Below the pieces are notes generated by a model. The model saw only the letters and a program-made list of their open reading frames with translations, was not told the DNA's origin and did no database searches. The position numbers and the translations under genes were made by a program. Shown here in pieces: positions 42,711 to 52,504 of a stretch of 64,000 nucleotides of DNA. This DNA comes from Acidimicrobiales bacterium (lineage in GTDB: Bacteria > Actinomycetota > Acidimicrobiia > Acidimicrobiales > CAIXPF01). The stretch is taken from positions 69,658 to 133,657 of the forward strand of contig JAWKIM010000015.1 of NCBI GenBank assembly GCA_041394365.1. The letters run 5' to 3'. The stretch's first letter is position 1; the number at the start of each line of letters is the position of its first letter.

Positions 42711-44149
42711 GCGGCGTCGTCGCCGGGGCGCCCGGCATCACCGGCACCCTGTCGGATGTCCGGCCCGATGCCGCCGCGGTGGTGGAGGCCGCCCGGCGGT
42801 ACACCGTGTTCGAGTGGGGGACCCAGCAGGTGGCCCCTCTCGCCATCGAGCGGGGCTCGGGAATCTACCTCTATGGCCTGGACGGGGTCCGCTACACCGA
42901 CTTCAACTCCATCGCCATGTGCGTCAACATCGGCCACGGCGACCCGCGCGTCGCCGAGGCGGTGGCGGCGCAGATGGCCGAGGTCAGCTTCGTCTCGCCG
43001 TTCATGGTCACCCGCATCCGGGCCGAGGTGGGTGAGCTGCTGGCCCAGCGCACGCCGCCGGGCATGACCAAGGCGTTCTTCACGCTGGCCGGGGCGGATG
43101 CCAACGAGGCCGCCATCCGTACCGCGCGGTTGGTCACCGGGCGGCGCAAGATCCTCACCCGCTACCGCTCCTACCACGGCGGTTCCCACGGCGTGCTCGC
43201 CGCCAGCGGTGACCCGCGGCGCGAGCCGGTGGAGGCCGGCATGGGCGACATCGTGCGCATCCCCGACCCGTACCACTACCGGTTCCCGTGGATCGAGGAT
43301 CCGGCCGCGTTCGCCGCGTTCAACCTGGCCCAGATCGAGCAGATCATCCAGCTCGAGGGTGCGCACACCATCGCCGCGGTCATGGTGGAACCGGTCACCG
43401 GCTCCAACGGGCTCATCGTGCCGCCCACCGGCTGGCTGCGGGGCTTGCGGGCGCTGTGTGACCGCTACGGCATCCTGCTCATCTGCGACGAGGTGATGAG
43501 CGGCTTCGGGCGCACGGGACGGTGGTTCGCCTCCGACCACGAGGACGTCGTGCCCGACCTCATGACCATCGCCAAGGGCATCACCAGCGGTTACGTGCCG
43601 TTGGGGGCCTGTGTGCTGGCCGACCACATCGCCGACGCCATCGAGGACCGACCGTTCGGTTCGGGGCTCACCTACCAGAGCCATGCCGTGGGCCTGGCCG
43701 CGGCCAAGGCGGTGTTGGGCATCTACGAGAGCGACGGGCTGATCGACAACGCCGCCGCCATGGGCGCCCACCTCCTGGCCGGGCTGCGCCGGTTGCAGGA
43801 GGGCCACCCCTCGGTGGGCGACGTCCGCGGCATCGGCCTGTTCTCCTGCCTCGAGCTCGTCTACGACCGCGGGTCCCGCCTGGAGCTGTTCCCGTTGGTG
43901 GGCCAGGCCGGGCCCGCGGCGGCCGAGATCAAGGCGTTCCTCACCGGCCGGGGGCTGCTGGCCAACCTGCGCGGCAGCTTCCTGTTCGCCAACCCGCCAC
44001 TCGTCATCGACGCCGCCCAGATCGACGAGAGCCTCGCCATCCTCGACGAGGCCCTCGACATCGCCGACGCCGCCACCGCCGAGCGTGGGGCCCCGCCGCC
44101 GGCGCACGCCGCCAACCTCATCCCGTTCACGCCGTGGAGCAACCGATGA
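42707..44149 (+). CDS. class-III (omega/beta-alanine-type) PLP aminotransferase
   Basis: ATGA overlap start. SGADANEAAIRTAR-like, VMVEPVTGSNGLIVPP, LICDEVMSGFGRTGRWFA, TIAKGITSGYVPLG (PLP Lys). Confidence 0.9.
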   Translation: MSGVVAGAPGITGTLSDVRPDAAAVVEAARRYTVFEWGTQQVAPLAIERGSGIYLYGLDGVRYTDFNSIAMCVNIGHGDPRVAEAVAAQMAEVSFVSPFMVTRIRAEVGELLAQRTPPGMTKAFFTLAGADANEAAIRTARLVTGRRKILTRYRSYHGGSHGVLAASGDPRREPVEAGMGDIVRIPDPYHYRFPWIEDPAAFAAFNLAQIEQIIQLEGAHTIAAVMVEPVTGSNGLIVPPTGWLRGLRALCDRYGILLICDEVMSGFGRTGRWFASDHEDVVPDLMTIAKGITSGYVPLGACVLADHIADAIEDRPFGSGLTYQSHAVGLAAAKAVLGIYESDGLIDNAAAMGAHLLAGLRRLQEGHPSVGDVRGIGLFSCLELVYDRGSRLELFPLVGQAGPAAAEIKAFLTGRGLLANLRGSFLFANPPLVIDAAQIDESLAILDEALDIADAATAERGAPPPAHAANLIPFTPWSNR

Positions 44150-44622
44150 CCACCGCCACCGAGACCGGCGCAGGCCCGGTCACCTTCGATTCGGCCGCCT
44201 ACCGGCGCGGCGTGGACGTGCTCGAGGCGGTGGGCGCCTCCGGTGCCGGGCTGCAGCGCTGGCAGCGGGTCGACCCGGTGGTCGGCCCGGTGCTCGACCG
44301 CATGCTCGGCGAGTTCTGCTTCGGCGATGTGTGGGCGCGTGACGGCCTCGACCTGCGCACCCGGCGGGTGGTCACGCTGACCACCATCGCCGCCCTCGGC
44401 CGGCCCACGCTGCTGAAGGTGCACATCAAGGGCGCACTCGACCAGGGCATGAGCCGGCGCGACGTGCTCGAGGTGTTCGTGCACATGATCGCCTACGCCG
44501 GGTTCCCGGTGGCCCTGTCGAGCATCGAGGTGGCCGAGGCCGTCTTCGCCGAGCTCGATGCGGCCGCCGCGGGGCCGCACGCAGCCGACGGGTCGGACGT
44601 GGCCGAGGAGGTGGGGCCATGA
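44146..44622 (+). CDS. carboxymuconolactone decarboxylase (CMD/AhpD-like) family protein
   Basis: ATGA overlap start. FGDVWARDGLDLRTRRVVTLTTIAALG, EVFVHMIAYAGFP. Confidence 0.85.
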   Translation: MTTATETGAGPVTFDSAAYRRGVDVLEAVGASGAGLQRWQRVDPVVGPVLDRMLGEFCFGDVWARDGLDLRTRRVVTLTTIAALGRPTLLKVHIKGALDQGMSRRDVLEVFVHMIAYAGFPVALSSIEVAEAVFAELDAAAAGPHAADGSDVAEEVGP

Positions 44623-46016
44623 AGACGGTCGTGCGGGGCGGCACCGTGGTCAGCGCGGTGGACACCGTGGCGGCGGACGTGTTGGTGGACGGCGAGCGCA
44701 TCGTGGCGCTGGCCGCCCCGACAGCGACCTGGCCGCATCCTTCTCCACCGACGCCGAGGTGATCGACGCCACGGGTTGCTACGTGGTGCCCGGTGGCATC
44801 GACGCCCACCCACTTCGAGTCGGGTGGCCAGATCGCGCCGGTGCTCGACACGTTCGAGACCGGCACCCGGGCGTCGGCGTTCGGCGGGACCACCACCATC
44901 ATCGACTTCGTCGTGCCCGAGGCCGGCACCCGCATGATGGAGGGCTTCGACCGCTACGGGATGATGGCGGGCGGCAACTGCTCGGTCGACTACGCGTTCC
45001 ACATGATGACGTTCAACATCGACGAGCTGTCGCCCAAGGAGATGGACCAACTCGTCGACGAGGGGGTCACCAGCTTCAAGATGTTCATGGCCTACCCCGG
45101 CCGGCTGTACTCCGACGACGGCCAGATCCTGCGGATGATGCAGCAGAGCGGGCGCAACGGCGCGCTGGTGATGATGCACGCCGAGAACGGCATCGCCATC
45201 GATGTGCTGCGCGACCAGGCCATCGAGGCGGGCGAGGTGGCGCCGGTGCACCACTCGCTGACCCGACCGGCGCTGCTCGAGGCCGAGGCGGTGCACCGAG
45301 CCGCGGCGCTGGCCCGGGTGGCCGGCGTAGGGGTGTACATCGTGCACCTGTCCTCGGCCGACGCACTGGCCGAGGTGGTGGCGGCGCGGGACAAGGGCTG
45401 GAACGTGTTCGCCGAGACCTGCCCGCAATACCTGTTCCTGGAGCTGGAGGACCTGGCCCGTCCCGATTTCGAGGGTTCGAAGTTCGTGTGCTCGCCGCCG
45501 TTGCGGCCGCGGGACCACCAGCAGCACCTGTGGCGGGGCCTGGCCACCGACGACCTGCAGGTGGTGGCCACCGACCACTGCCCGTTCTGCTGGACCCAGA
45601 AGGAGCTCGGCCGCGGGGACTTCCGCAACATACCGAACGGTGTGCCCGGCGTGGAGCACCGCATGGAGCTGATGTACCAGGGCGTCGTGAACCGGGCCGG
45701 CCTCTCGCTCAACCGCTGGGTTGAGATCTGCAGCACCAACCCCGCCCGCATGTTCGGCCTGCACCCCCGCAAGGGCACGATCGCCCCCGGTGCCGATGCC
45801 GACCTGGTCATCTTCGACCCGCAGCGCCGGCACACCATCAGCGCCGCCACCCACCACATGAACGTCGACTACTCCGTCTACGAAGGTATGGAGCTGACGG
45901 GCAAGGTCGCCAAGGTCCTGCTGCGGGGCAAGCTCATCATCGACGGCGAACTGCACCTGGGCCGGCCGGGCGACGGTTCGTTCCTGCGCCGGGGGACCTG
46001 CAGCATGCTGCGCTGA
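44619..46016 (+). CDS. dihydropyrimidinase/D-hydantoinase, copy 2; compensated frameshift pair about 44720 and 44808
   Basis: ATGA overlap start. GGIDAH(T)HFE, TTTIIDF, SFKMFMAYPGRLYSDD, MMHAENG, YIVHLS, ATDHCPFC, NIPNGVPGVEHR, GADADLVIFDP. Confidence 0.85.
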
Positions 46017-46041
46017 GCCGGCCTCGCCATGACGACGACGA

Positions 46042-46078
46042 ACGGGCGCCGTCCCCGGACAAGGGGAGCGGCGCCCGT
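46042..46078 (+). terminator. GC-rich stem-loop directly after the operon's last gene (intrinsic-terminator-like, no U tract)
   Basis: ACGGGCGCCGTCCCC-ggacaa-GGGGAGCGGCGCCCGT, 26 nt after the stop at 46016. Confidence 0.5.
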
Positions 46079-46151
46079 CGCCGTGGGTCCGCTGATCGGG
46101 CTGGAAGTTGGAGGCCCCTGTGCCCGGGCGGGTGGCTGTGTCGGGATGGGT

Positions 46152-46205
46152 GACCCCTGCAGCGGCCAGCGAAGCCGGCGAGCGAGCTTGCACGCTGCAG
46201 GGGTC
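46152..46205. repeat. 13-bp perfect inverted repeat GACCCCTGCAGCG / CGCTGCAGGGGTC with 28-nt loop
   Basis: Read directly. Lies in the convergent intergenic gap 46017-46296. Confidence 0.6.
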
Positions 46206-46296
46206 GCCTCCCCCGATGACTAGTACATCGGCGTCAGGCCGGAGGTCCTGAAGTTGCGTTGTGGTGACGCATGGTTCGGCATCCGAACCCGGCTGG

Positions 46297-48616
46297 TCAG
46301 CGGCTTTCGGGGCTGACCCGCCAGATGCGCCCACCGACGTCGTCGGACAGGTAGAGCGCCCCGTCGGGCCCCTCGGCCACGTCCACGGCGCGGTGCTCCG
46401 CCTCGGCGGGCAGGTCGGTGCTGTCGCCGGCGAAACCGTCGGCGAACACCTCCCACTCGCCGGTGGCCATGCCGTCCTCGAACGGGACGAACGCCACGAC
46501 GTAGCCCGGCCCCTCGGGCTGGTTGGCCGGATCGAAGCGGGAGCCGTGGAAGGCGATGAACGCACCGTCTCGGTAGCGCTCGCCGAGGGCGTCGACGGTG
46601 GGGAACGTCATGCCCAGCGGGGCCCAGTGGGCCGGGAAGGTGACCGCCGGTTCCGGCACGTCGTCGCACCGGCCGGCCTCGCGGCCGTCGCCGCCGTACT
46701 CGGGGGCGAGCACATGGCGCCCCTGCTGGGGATCGAAGTAGCAGTACGGCCAGCCGTAGTCACCGCCCTCGACGATGGCGTGGACCTCCTCGGCGGGCTT
46801 GGTGAGATCGTCGGCCTCGTCGTAGCGGTCGGGCCAGTTCTCGAACAGCTGGTCGCGACCGTTGATGGCGGCGTACAGGCGGCCCGTGTCCGGGTCGATG
46901 GCCAGCGTTGGCGTTGCGCACACCCGTGGCGTAGCGGGTGCCGTCGGCCTGGGTCTGGCCCTGCTCGTCGGCGTCGAAGCGCCAGATGCCGGCTCGGTCC
47001 TCGAGCTCGGGGCAGGGGTCGATCCCGGGTGAGAACGGCTCGCGGTTGTCCACCTGGCAGGCGTTCGACGGTGAGCCGATGTTGACGAACATCCGGCCCT
47101 CGTCGTCGATGACCGCGGTCTTGGCGAAGTGGTCGGGGGAGTCGGGCAGGCCGCTGACGATCGTCTCCGGATCGCCGTCGGGTGTGAGGCCGACACTGTC
47201 CCCGGCGGGCAGGCGGTAGCGCACGACGCTGTCGTTGCGGGCGAGGTAGAGCCAGCCGTCGTGGACGGTCACCCCGTTGCCGCCGCGTTCCCCGAAGCGT
47301 TCGATGTGCTCGGCGTGGCCGTCGCCATCGTCGTCGCGCAGGGCCACGACACCGCCGTCGGGATCGCCGCCGGGGGCGTCGGCGATGGCGACGTACACGG
47401 TGCCGTCGGGCGCAACGCTGAGGTGGCGGGCACCGACCAGCCCGTCGGCGAACACGCTGGCGCACAGGCCGTCGGGCAGGGTGATGCCGGCGTTGGCGGC
47501 GTTGGCGGCATCGCAGGTGCCGGTGGCGGTGGCGTCGCCGTCGAACGCGGTCAGCGGGGTGGCGGTCACGTCGAAGGGGGTGATCGGGTCGCCGTCTCGC
47601 TGGTCGAGCTGGCCGTTCACCACCAACAGCCGATCGCCGTCGAGCGCGGCGGTGGTGGGGAAGCGGAGCTCGTCGCTGCGCACCGTGCCGGTGACCTCGG
47701 CCCACCGGCCGGCCGGGTCGAGATCGAGCCGGGTGATGGTCGAGGCGGCGTTCTGCACCACGTACAGGGTGGGCCGGGCGTCGTGCGGTTCGCTCGGCGC
47801 CGGGTTGACCAGCGCGAGGCCGTCGCCACCCTGGAAGGAGACGCCGTCGGTGTCGATGCGCTCGACGGTGCCGTCATCGGTGGTGATGCGCCACAGGGCG
47901 CCGGTGTTGGACTGGACGGCCACCAGGAAGCTGCCGCTCTCGCTCACCACGATGCCGTTCAGGTTGAACCCGTCCTCGTAGGTGAGCGGGGTGTCGGTCA
48001 GATCGAGCCAGGCTTCGAGGCGACCGTCTTCGGCCCGCTCGCCGCTGCGTGGCGTTGCCTCGTCGACGTTGAACCGGTAGATCGCCGGGCGCCGCGAATC
48101 GGTCACGTACCCCCAGCCGTCGTCCGAGACGGCAACGTCGTTGAGGAAGCCCTCGGACGGCTCGCCGGGGGCGCGCAGCGTCCGCAGGGCGGTGCCGTCG
48201 GAGTCGAGCACGCTGAGGACACCGGTGGCGCCGCCGGCGGCGTAGACCCGGCCCTCGCCGTCGACGGCCAGGCCGACTGCGGTGGTGCGCCCGGCCTCGC
48301 CGCCGGGGGCGAACGGCTCGGTGGTGCCGTCGGGCCGCAGGCGGGTGAGCGAACCGTCGGTGGTGCTGCCCACCACGAACGTACCGTCCGGTAGGGCGGC
48401 GATGCCTTCGGGGAAGGAGACGGCGTCGGGCAGCGCGTAGCGGGCGGCCACCACGGCGGGTTCGGGGCGCTGGGCGGTGTCGGTGGTGGGTGCGGTGTCG
48501 GTTGCGCGCCCCGGGTCGTCGGCGAGCGGAGCTGCGCCGGCGGTGGGTGCGGTGGCCGCGGCCAGGGTGAGCATCGACATCGCCGCGAGGGGCGGCAGGA
48601 ATCGACTTCGGCGCAT
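46297..48616 (-). CDS. secreted fusion protein: N-terminal SMP-30/lactonase-like beta-propeller plus C-terminal PQQ-type glucose/sorbosone dehydrogenase-like propeller; one frameshift near 46915
   Basis: Signal peptide MRRSRFLPPLAAMSMLTLAAATAPTAGAAP. FPEGIAALPDGTFVVGS, GLAVDGEGRVYAA, FLNDVAVSDDGWGYVTDS. Then HLSVAPDGTVYVA, GIWRF, INGRDQL, GGDYGWPYCY, AVDVAEGPDGALYLSDD (ORFs 46760..48679 and 46297..47196). Confidence 0.7.
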
Positions 48617-48706
48617 GGGGTCTCCCGGGGGTTCGGAACGAGGGTCGACCGTCCGTACCCGCGATGCGTGTGCGCGCAACCAAACGCGGCCGTGTTCGGC
48701 CCGGGA

Positions 48707-49288
48707 TCAGGGTTCGGGTGTGGGAAGGGGCCCGATCCGCGGGCCGCCGCGCCAGAGGTGGGTGGGCTTGGTGACGCCCGGCGGGAAGCGGTACGTGCCG
48801 CGGCGCAGGCGCTCGACGTTGCCGGCGTCGTGGTCGTAGCCGAGTGCGTCGGCGAGCGCTTTGACCGGCGTGCGGCTGGCGACGCCGTAGCCGAGGCGGT
48901 GCAGCATGGCGTGCAGCTCGACGAGCGTGGCCGTACCGAGGCGGGAGAGGATGGCGCGACAGGTCGATCGGAGGCGGCGGCCCCACAGGAACCGGACGTC
49001 GTCGGGGAGGGCGGGGAGTTGGACGGCGCCGTCGGCGGCGGGGGCACGGCCGCGATCGACCAGCCTGCGGTAGAGGCGGCGAGGGTTGGCTTCGAGTTGG
49101 TCGGCCAGGTCGCGGCGGCGTTGGGTGATCTCGACGAGTTGGTGGTCGAGCTCGTCGAGTTGTCGGGCGAGGGCGTCGCACTCCTGCTGGAGTGCGGCGC
49201 GCTTGCGACCGAAGATGGGGCGGCGCCCGACGATGGGGTCGGCGCGGCGGGTGCCGTCGTCGTCGCCTGGGGCGGTGGTGCTCGGCAT
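48707..49288 (-). CDS. hypothetical protein (coiled-coil N-terminal half, winged-helix-like C-terminal half)
   Basis: ORF 48707..49288: heptad-like LQQECDALARQLDELDHQLVEITQRRRDLADQLE, then TLVELHAMLHRLGYGVASRTPVKALADALGYD. No family recognised. Confidence 0.45.
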   Translation of the reverse strand: MPSTTAPGDDDGTRRADPIVGRRPIFGRKRAALQQECDALARQLDELDHQLVEITQRRRDLADQLEANPRRLYRRLVDRGRAPAADGAVQLPALPDDVRFLWGRRLRSTCRAILSRLGTATLVELHAMLHRLGYGVASRTPVKALADALGYDHDAGNVERLRRGTYRFPPGVTKPTHLWRGGPRIGPLPTPEP

Positions 49289-49501
49289 GGCTGGCCTCTG
49301 GGAGTGAGCTGGACCATGGGTGGGGGCCGACAGGTGAGGTGGCGGGGCCCCGAGCGCCGTTGATCATCATCCCCGCGGGGTGTGACAGCGAAGGGGCGGG
49401 GCCGCGGAGGCATGGCGGTCTTCCGGCTGGGTCCGTTGCGCATAGCGCCGCCCCGCCCACCCGGTGCGACTTCGACCCCACCCTCCCGCAGGTCCCGCCA
49501 C

Positions 49502-49539
49502 CCAGTCATGGCGAATCCCGTGCGATTCGCCATGACTGG
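49502..49539. repeat. perfect hairpin palindrome, 16-bp arms, 6-nt loop
   Basis: CCAGTCATGGCGAATC-ccgtgc-GATTCGCCATGACTGG, inside the 535-nt non-coding gap 49289-49823. Confidence 0.85.
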
Positions 49540-50225
49540 TTGATGACCCGGTGGGGTGGGGAGGAGAACGCTTCGGGTGGTGGGGTGGGTCGGGTGGGGA
49601 TGAGCTCCAGGCCGGGCGGGGCAGGTGGGGGCGAGTGGCAGGTGAGGGCGGGGGCGGCCCGACTCGCAGCCGGGCAACAGGACGAGGGCCGCTGCGTACG
49701 ACCGTCACGGCTCGCTACCGCGAGCGTGCGGGTCCCGCTGGCCTGACCACGGTCGATCCCGGCCTGCGGGACAGGCGATGACACCCCGGGAATGGCCGTC
49801 CTCCGGGCGCGGTTGCACCGCCCGTGCCGCTCGACCACACCACCGTCGATGCCACGGCGAGCACCGACTCCGGCAACGACGCCGGGGTCGCGCTCGCCAC
49901 CCGATGCACCGCTGACGGTGCCGTCGCCCCCACCGGTTCACGTCGCGGTTGTCGGCCTTGCAGCACCGACATCGACCGTCGCCTCGCCCGCACCCGGGCG
50001 CGCCGCCGCGCCAGCCTCAACTCGATCCGAGCCGCGCTCGTGCGCCTCGAGGTGGCCCAGGGCGGCCCCGCCGACGCCTGGCGGGGAGCCCTCGAGGCGG
50101 AGCTGGCCCGCTTCGAACCGGGTGGTGCGAGCAGGCGCGATCGCTCCGCCTCCCTGGTCGAGCTCTACCTCCGCATCGAAGCGGCGACCAACGGCGACGC
50201 AGTTCCTTGCGGCTGTTGAACCCGC

Positions 50226-50671
50226 TCAGCGGCCGGCAGCGGCCAACAGGTGGTCGTCCACCCACGGCCCCACGCCGGCGATCCGTTCGACGCTGACCCG
50301 AACCACCACCGCGGTGGGGAGTCGCGCAGCGCCAGCGGATGCCGCTCCAAGCCGAGGTACTTGCGGGCCAGCCGGTCCATCAACGCCGGATCGGCGCCGG
50401 GCGTCACCGTGGCCCGCCCGTGGACGATCAGGTGTCGCTGGAACCCGCGGGCGTTGCGCTCGCTGTCCTCCACCGACAGCACCACCCGGCTGCTGGCGGC
50501 GATGTTGCGGACCTTGCGGCTGGCGGCGTCGGCGCCGAAGAGGATCTCGTCGTCCTGGACGATCACCCACACGACGGACACCTGTGGCGAACCGTCCGGG
50601 TTCGACGTCCAGACATGGGCGACGGCGTCGGAGCCCAGCAGGGCCTGCGCCGGAGCGGGGAGCACGGACAT
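50226..50671 (-). CDS. PPOX-class (pyridoxamine-5'-phosphate-oxidase-like) probable F420-dependent enzyme; frameshift at the G4 run 50316-50319
   Basis: ORF 50165..50671: AHVWTSNPDGSPQVSVVWV, RKVRNIAASSRVVLSV. The C-terminus TAVVVRVSVERIAGVGPW lies in the adjacent frame (ORF 50226..50570). Confidence 0.75.
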
Positions 50672-50823
50672 GGCACCTCCGATCCTGGCGGTCGCCGGCG
50701 GCTCACCGCCGGGCGATCGTCATGACAGATTCATGATTCGCTCGGAACGATCGTCCTCGCTCGGCGGCCGTGCTCGCAGGACGCGAGGTGCGGCCCCGGG
50801 GAAGCGGCTGACGAGCGAGCCGC

Positions 50824-51426
50824 TCAGCCGACCTGCGCCTCGAGCTCCTCGTAGAGCGCGTCCAGCCGCTTCCGTCGACGGCGGTTCTCCTCATGGGTGG
50901 CCTCGGCGGCGACGTGCTCCAGCAGCTGCCCGAGCTCCTCGTCGCCGCCCTCCACCAAGACGGCATCGCCGAGGGGCCGGGCCCGGTACACGAGCCGCTC
51001 GGCCCGCACGTCGAGCTCCTCCATCGTGCGCAGCGCCGCCGCCGCATCCACCGAGAGCACCACCTGCCGGCTCCCACCGGGCTGCTCGGGCGCTCCGCCC
51101 TCCGGCGTGGTCACCCGCTCCGTTCCCGGCACCGGCCGCAGGTCGAACGGGCCCTGCTCCCAGCCGCGCAGCAACCCTTCGTCGTGACACGCCGTGCACC
51201 GCCAGTGCACCGAGGCGGGCACATCGATGCGGGCGATGGCGATCGTCCCCGGGCACGGCTTGCGACCGGGGCGGCGCCGACAGGGCAGGGCGCTCACCCA
51301 CGCCGGCCCGCGATCCCCGGCGCTCGCCGCCCGGGCCACGGCCATCAGGTGGTTGGCCAGCCGCAGGGCGGGTCCGGATTCGAGCAGTGGTGCGCCCTGG
51401 AAATGGCGCAGATCCGAAACCAGCAC
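50824..51426 (-). CDS. hypothetical protein with CxxxxxxxC...CxxC zinc-ribbon-like cluster
   Basis: Inner GTG of ORF 50824..51777: VLVSDLRHF..LPCRRRPGRKPCPG..HWRCTACHDEG, acidic helical C-terminus. Start uncertain. Confidence 0.5.
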   Translation of the reverse strand: MLVSDLRHFQGAPLLESGPALRLANHLMAVARAASAGDRGPAWVSALPCRRRPGRKPCPGTIAIARIDVPASVHWRCTACHDEGLLRGWEQGPFDLRPVPGTERVTTPEGGAPEQPGGSRQVVLSVDAAAALRTMEELDVRAERLVYRARPLGDAVLVEGGDEELGQLLEHVAAEATHEENRRRRKRLDALYEELEAQVG

Positions 51427-51511
51427 GGTGCCGAAGGTAGCGGGCGTTCCCGCGGCGGACGGCGTCGGCGAGCAGGGTTCCACCACCGAGCCGCGCCGCG
51501 AGCGGCGGCGT

Positions 51512-52387
51512 TCAGCGCCCGGCGCCCTCGACGTGCACGTGGCGGGGCAGGTAGCCGGCCGCCGGCAACTGCTCGGCCAGCACGGCCTCGGCATCGGGCC
51601 AACCCTCGACCGTCGGCAGCGGGCGACCATGCTGCTGCAGCCGGCTGAGCAGGCTCCCCGACCCGGACGGCAGGGACCGGGTGGGCGCGAACAGCACGCG
51701 GTCGCGCGCATCGCAACCGAACGCCACCGGGCCGAACCGCCGGGTGGACAGCACCACCCACGCCGCCCGGCCGGCACGGCGGCTCACCCAACAACCGCCG
51801 TCGAGAAAGGCGATGGCGCCGTGCCACCCGTAGATGGCGGTGGCGAGCAGGCACGGGTTCGAGGCGCCCGCACCCACCTCGTAGGCATCGGGCGCAGGCC
51901 AGAACACGGTGAACGCGTGGACCTCGACCCGTGCGCTGCGGGCGTGGGGCGCGACCAGCCAGTCGCCGGTGATGAGCTGCGGGGAGGTGGCGTGGCGCTC
52001 GAGGACGGCCGCGAGCAGGGCGTCGACGGTGCCGGCGTCCACCACCCCGATCACGACCTGGTGCCCGTCGTTGCGGGTTCGGCAGCCGTGCCGCCGGGCG
52101 ATCGCCTCGATCTCGCCCACCCGCACGTGCTCGGCGAGCCGGTCGACGTGCACGATCAGCCGGGGGCAGCGGTCGTCGGCCACCGCCACCAGCGCCGGCA
52201 GCCCATCGCTGCGATCGGTGCCGGCCAGGTGGAGCTGCAACAGGTCGGCCTCCCGCACGCCGACCGTCTGCCCGAGCTGTTCCCACCGATCGGCGACGCC
52301 GTCGAGCATCGTCGTGGCCGCCGGCCGTTGCCCGGCCACTCGTTGCTCGGCCACCTGTTGCCCTGCCGCTCGTTGCCCTGCTGCCAT
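51512..52387 (-). CDS. hypothetical protein with A/G/Q-repeat N-terminus
   Basis: ORF 51512..52387. Non-random composition after residue 30 (DRWEQLGQTVGVREADLLQLHLAG ... AIYGWHGAIAFLDGGCWV). No family recognised. Confidence 0.45.
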   Translation of the reverse strand: MAAGQRAAGQQVAEQRVAGQRPAATTMLDGVADRWEQLGQTVGVREADLLQLHLAGTDRSDGLPALVAVADDRCPRLIVHVDRLAEHVRVGEIEAIARRHGCRTRNDGHQVVIGVVDAGTVDALLAAVLERHATSPQLITGDWLVAPHARSARVEVHAFTVFWPAPDAYEVGAGASNPCLLATAIYGWHGAIAFLDGGCWVSRRAGRAAWVVLSTRRFGPVAFGCDARDRVLFAPTRSLPSGSGSLLSRLQQHGRPLPTVEGWPDAEAVLAEQLPAAGYLPRHVHVEGAGR

Positions 52388-52504
52388 GTGCGCTCCTCCT
52401 CGAACGAGGCAACAGACGCACGGGCGTCAGGAAAAGTCGCGGCCGTCTCCGAGTTGTTCGCGAGGCGCGGCGTGCACCCCCGCCGGCGCGGTCCTGGCCG
52501 ACGA

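Noticed and set aside
49824-50219. ORF 49824..50219 (+), 131 aa, as a gene.
   Set aside because: There are no recognisable motifs. The composition is Arg/Ala-rich, like the spurious ORFs. No RBS was seen, and it abuts the PPOX gene end.
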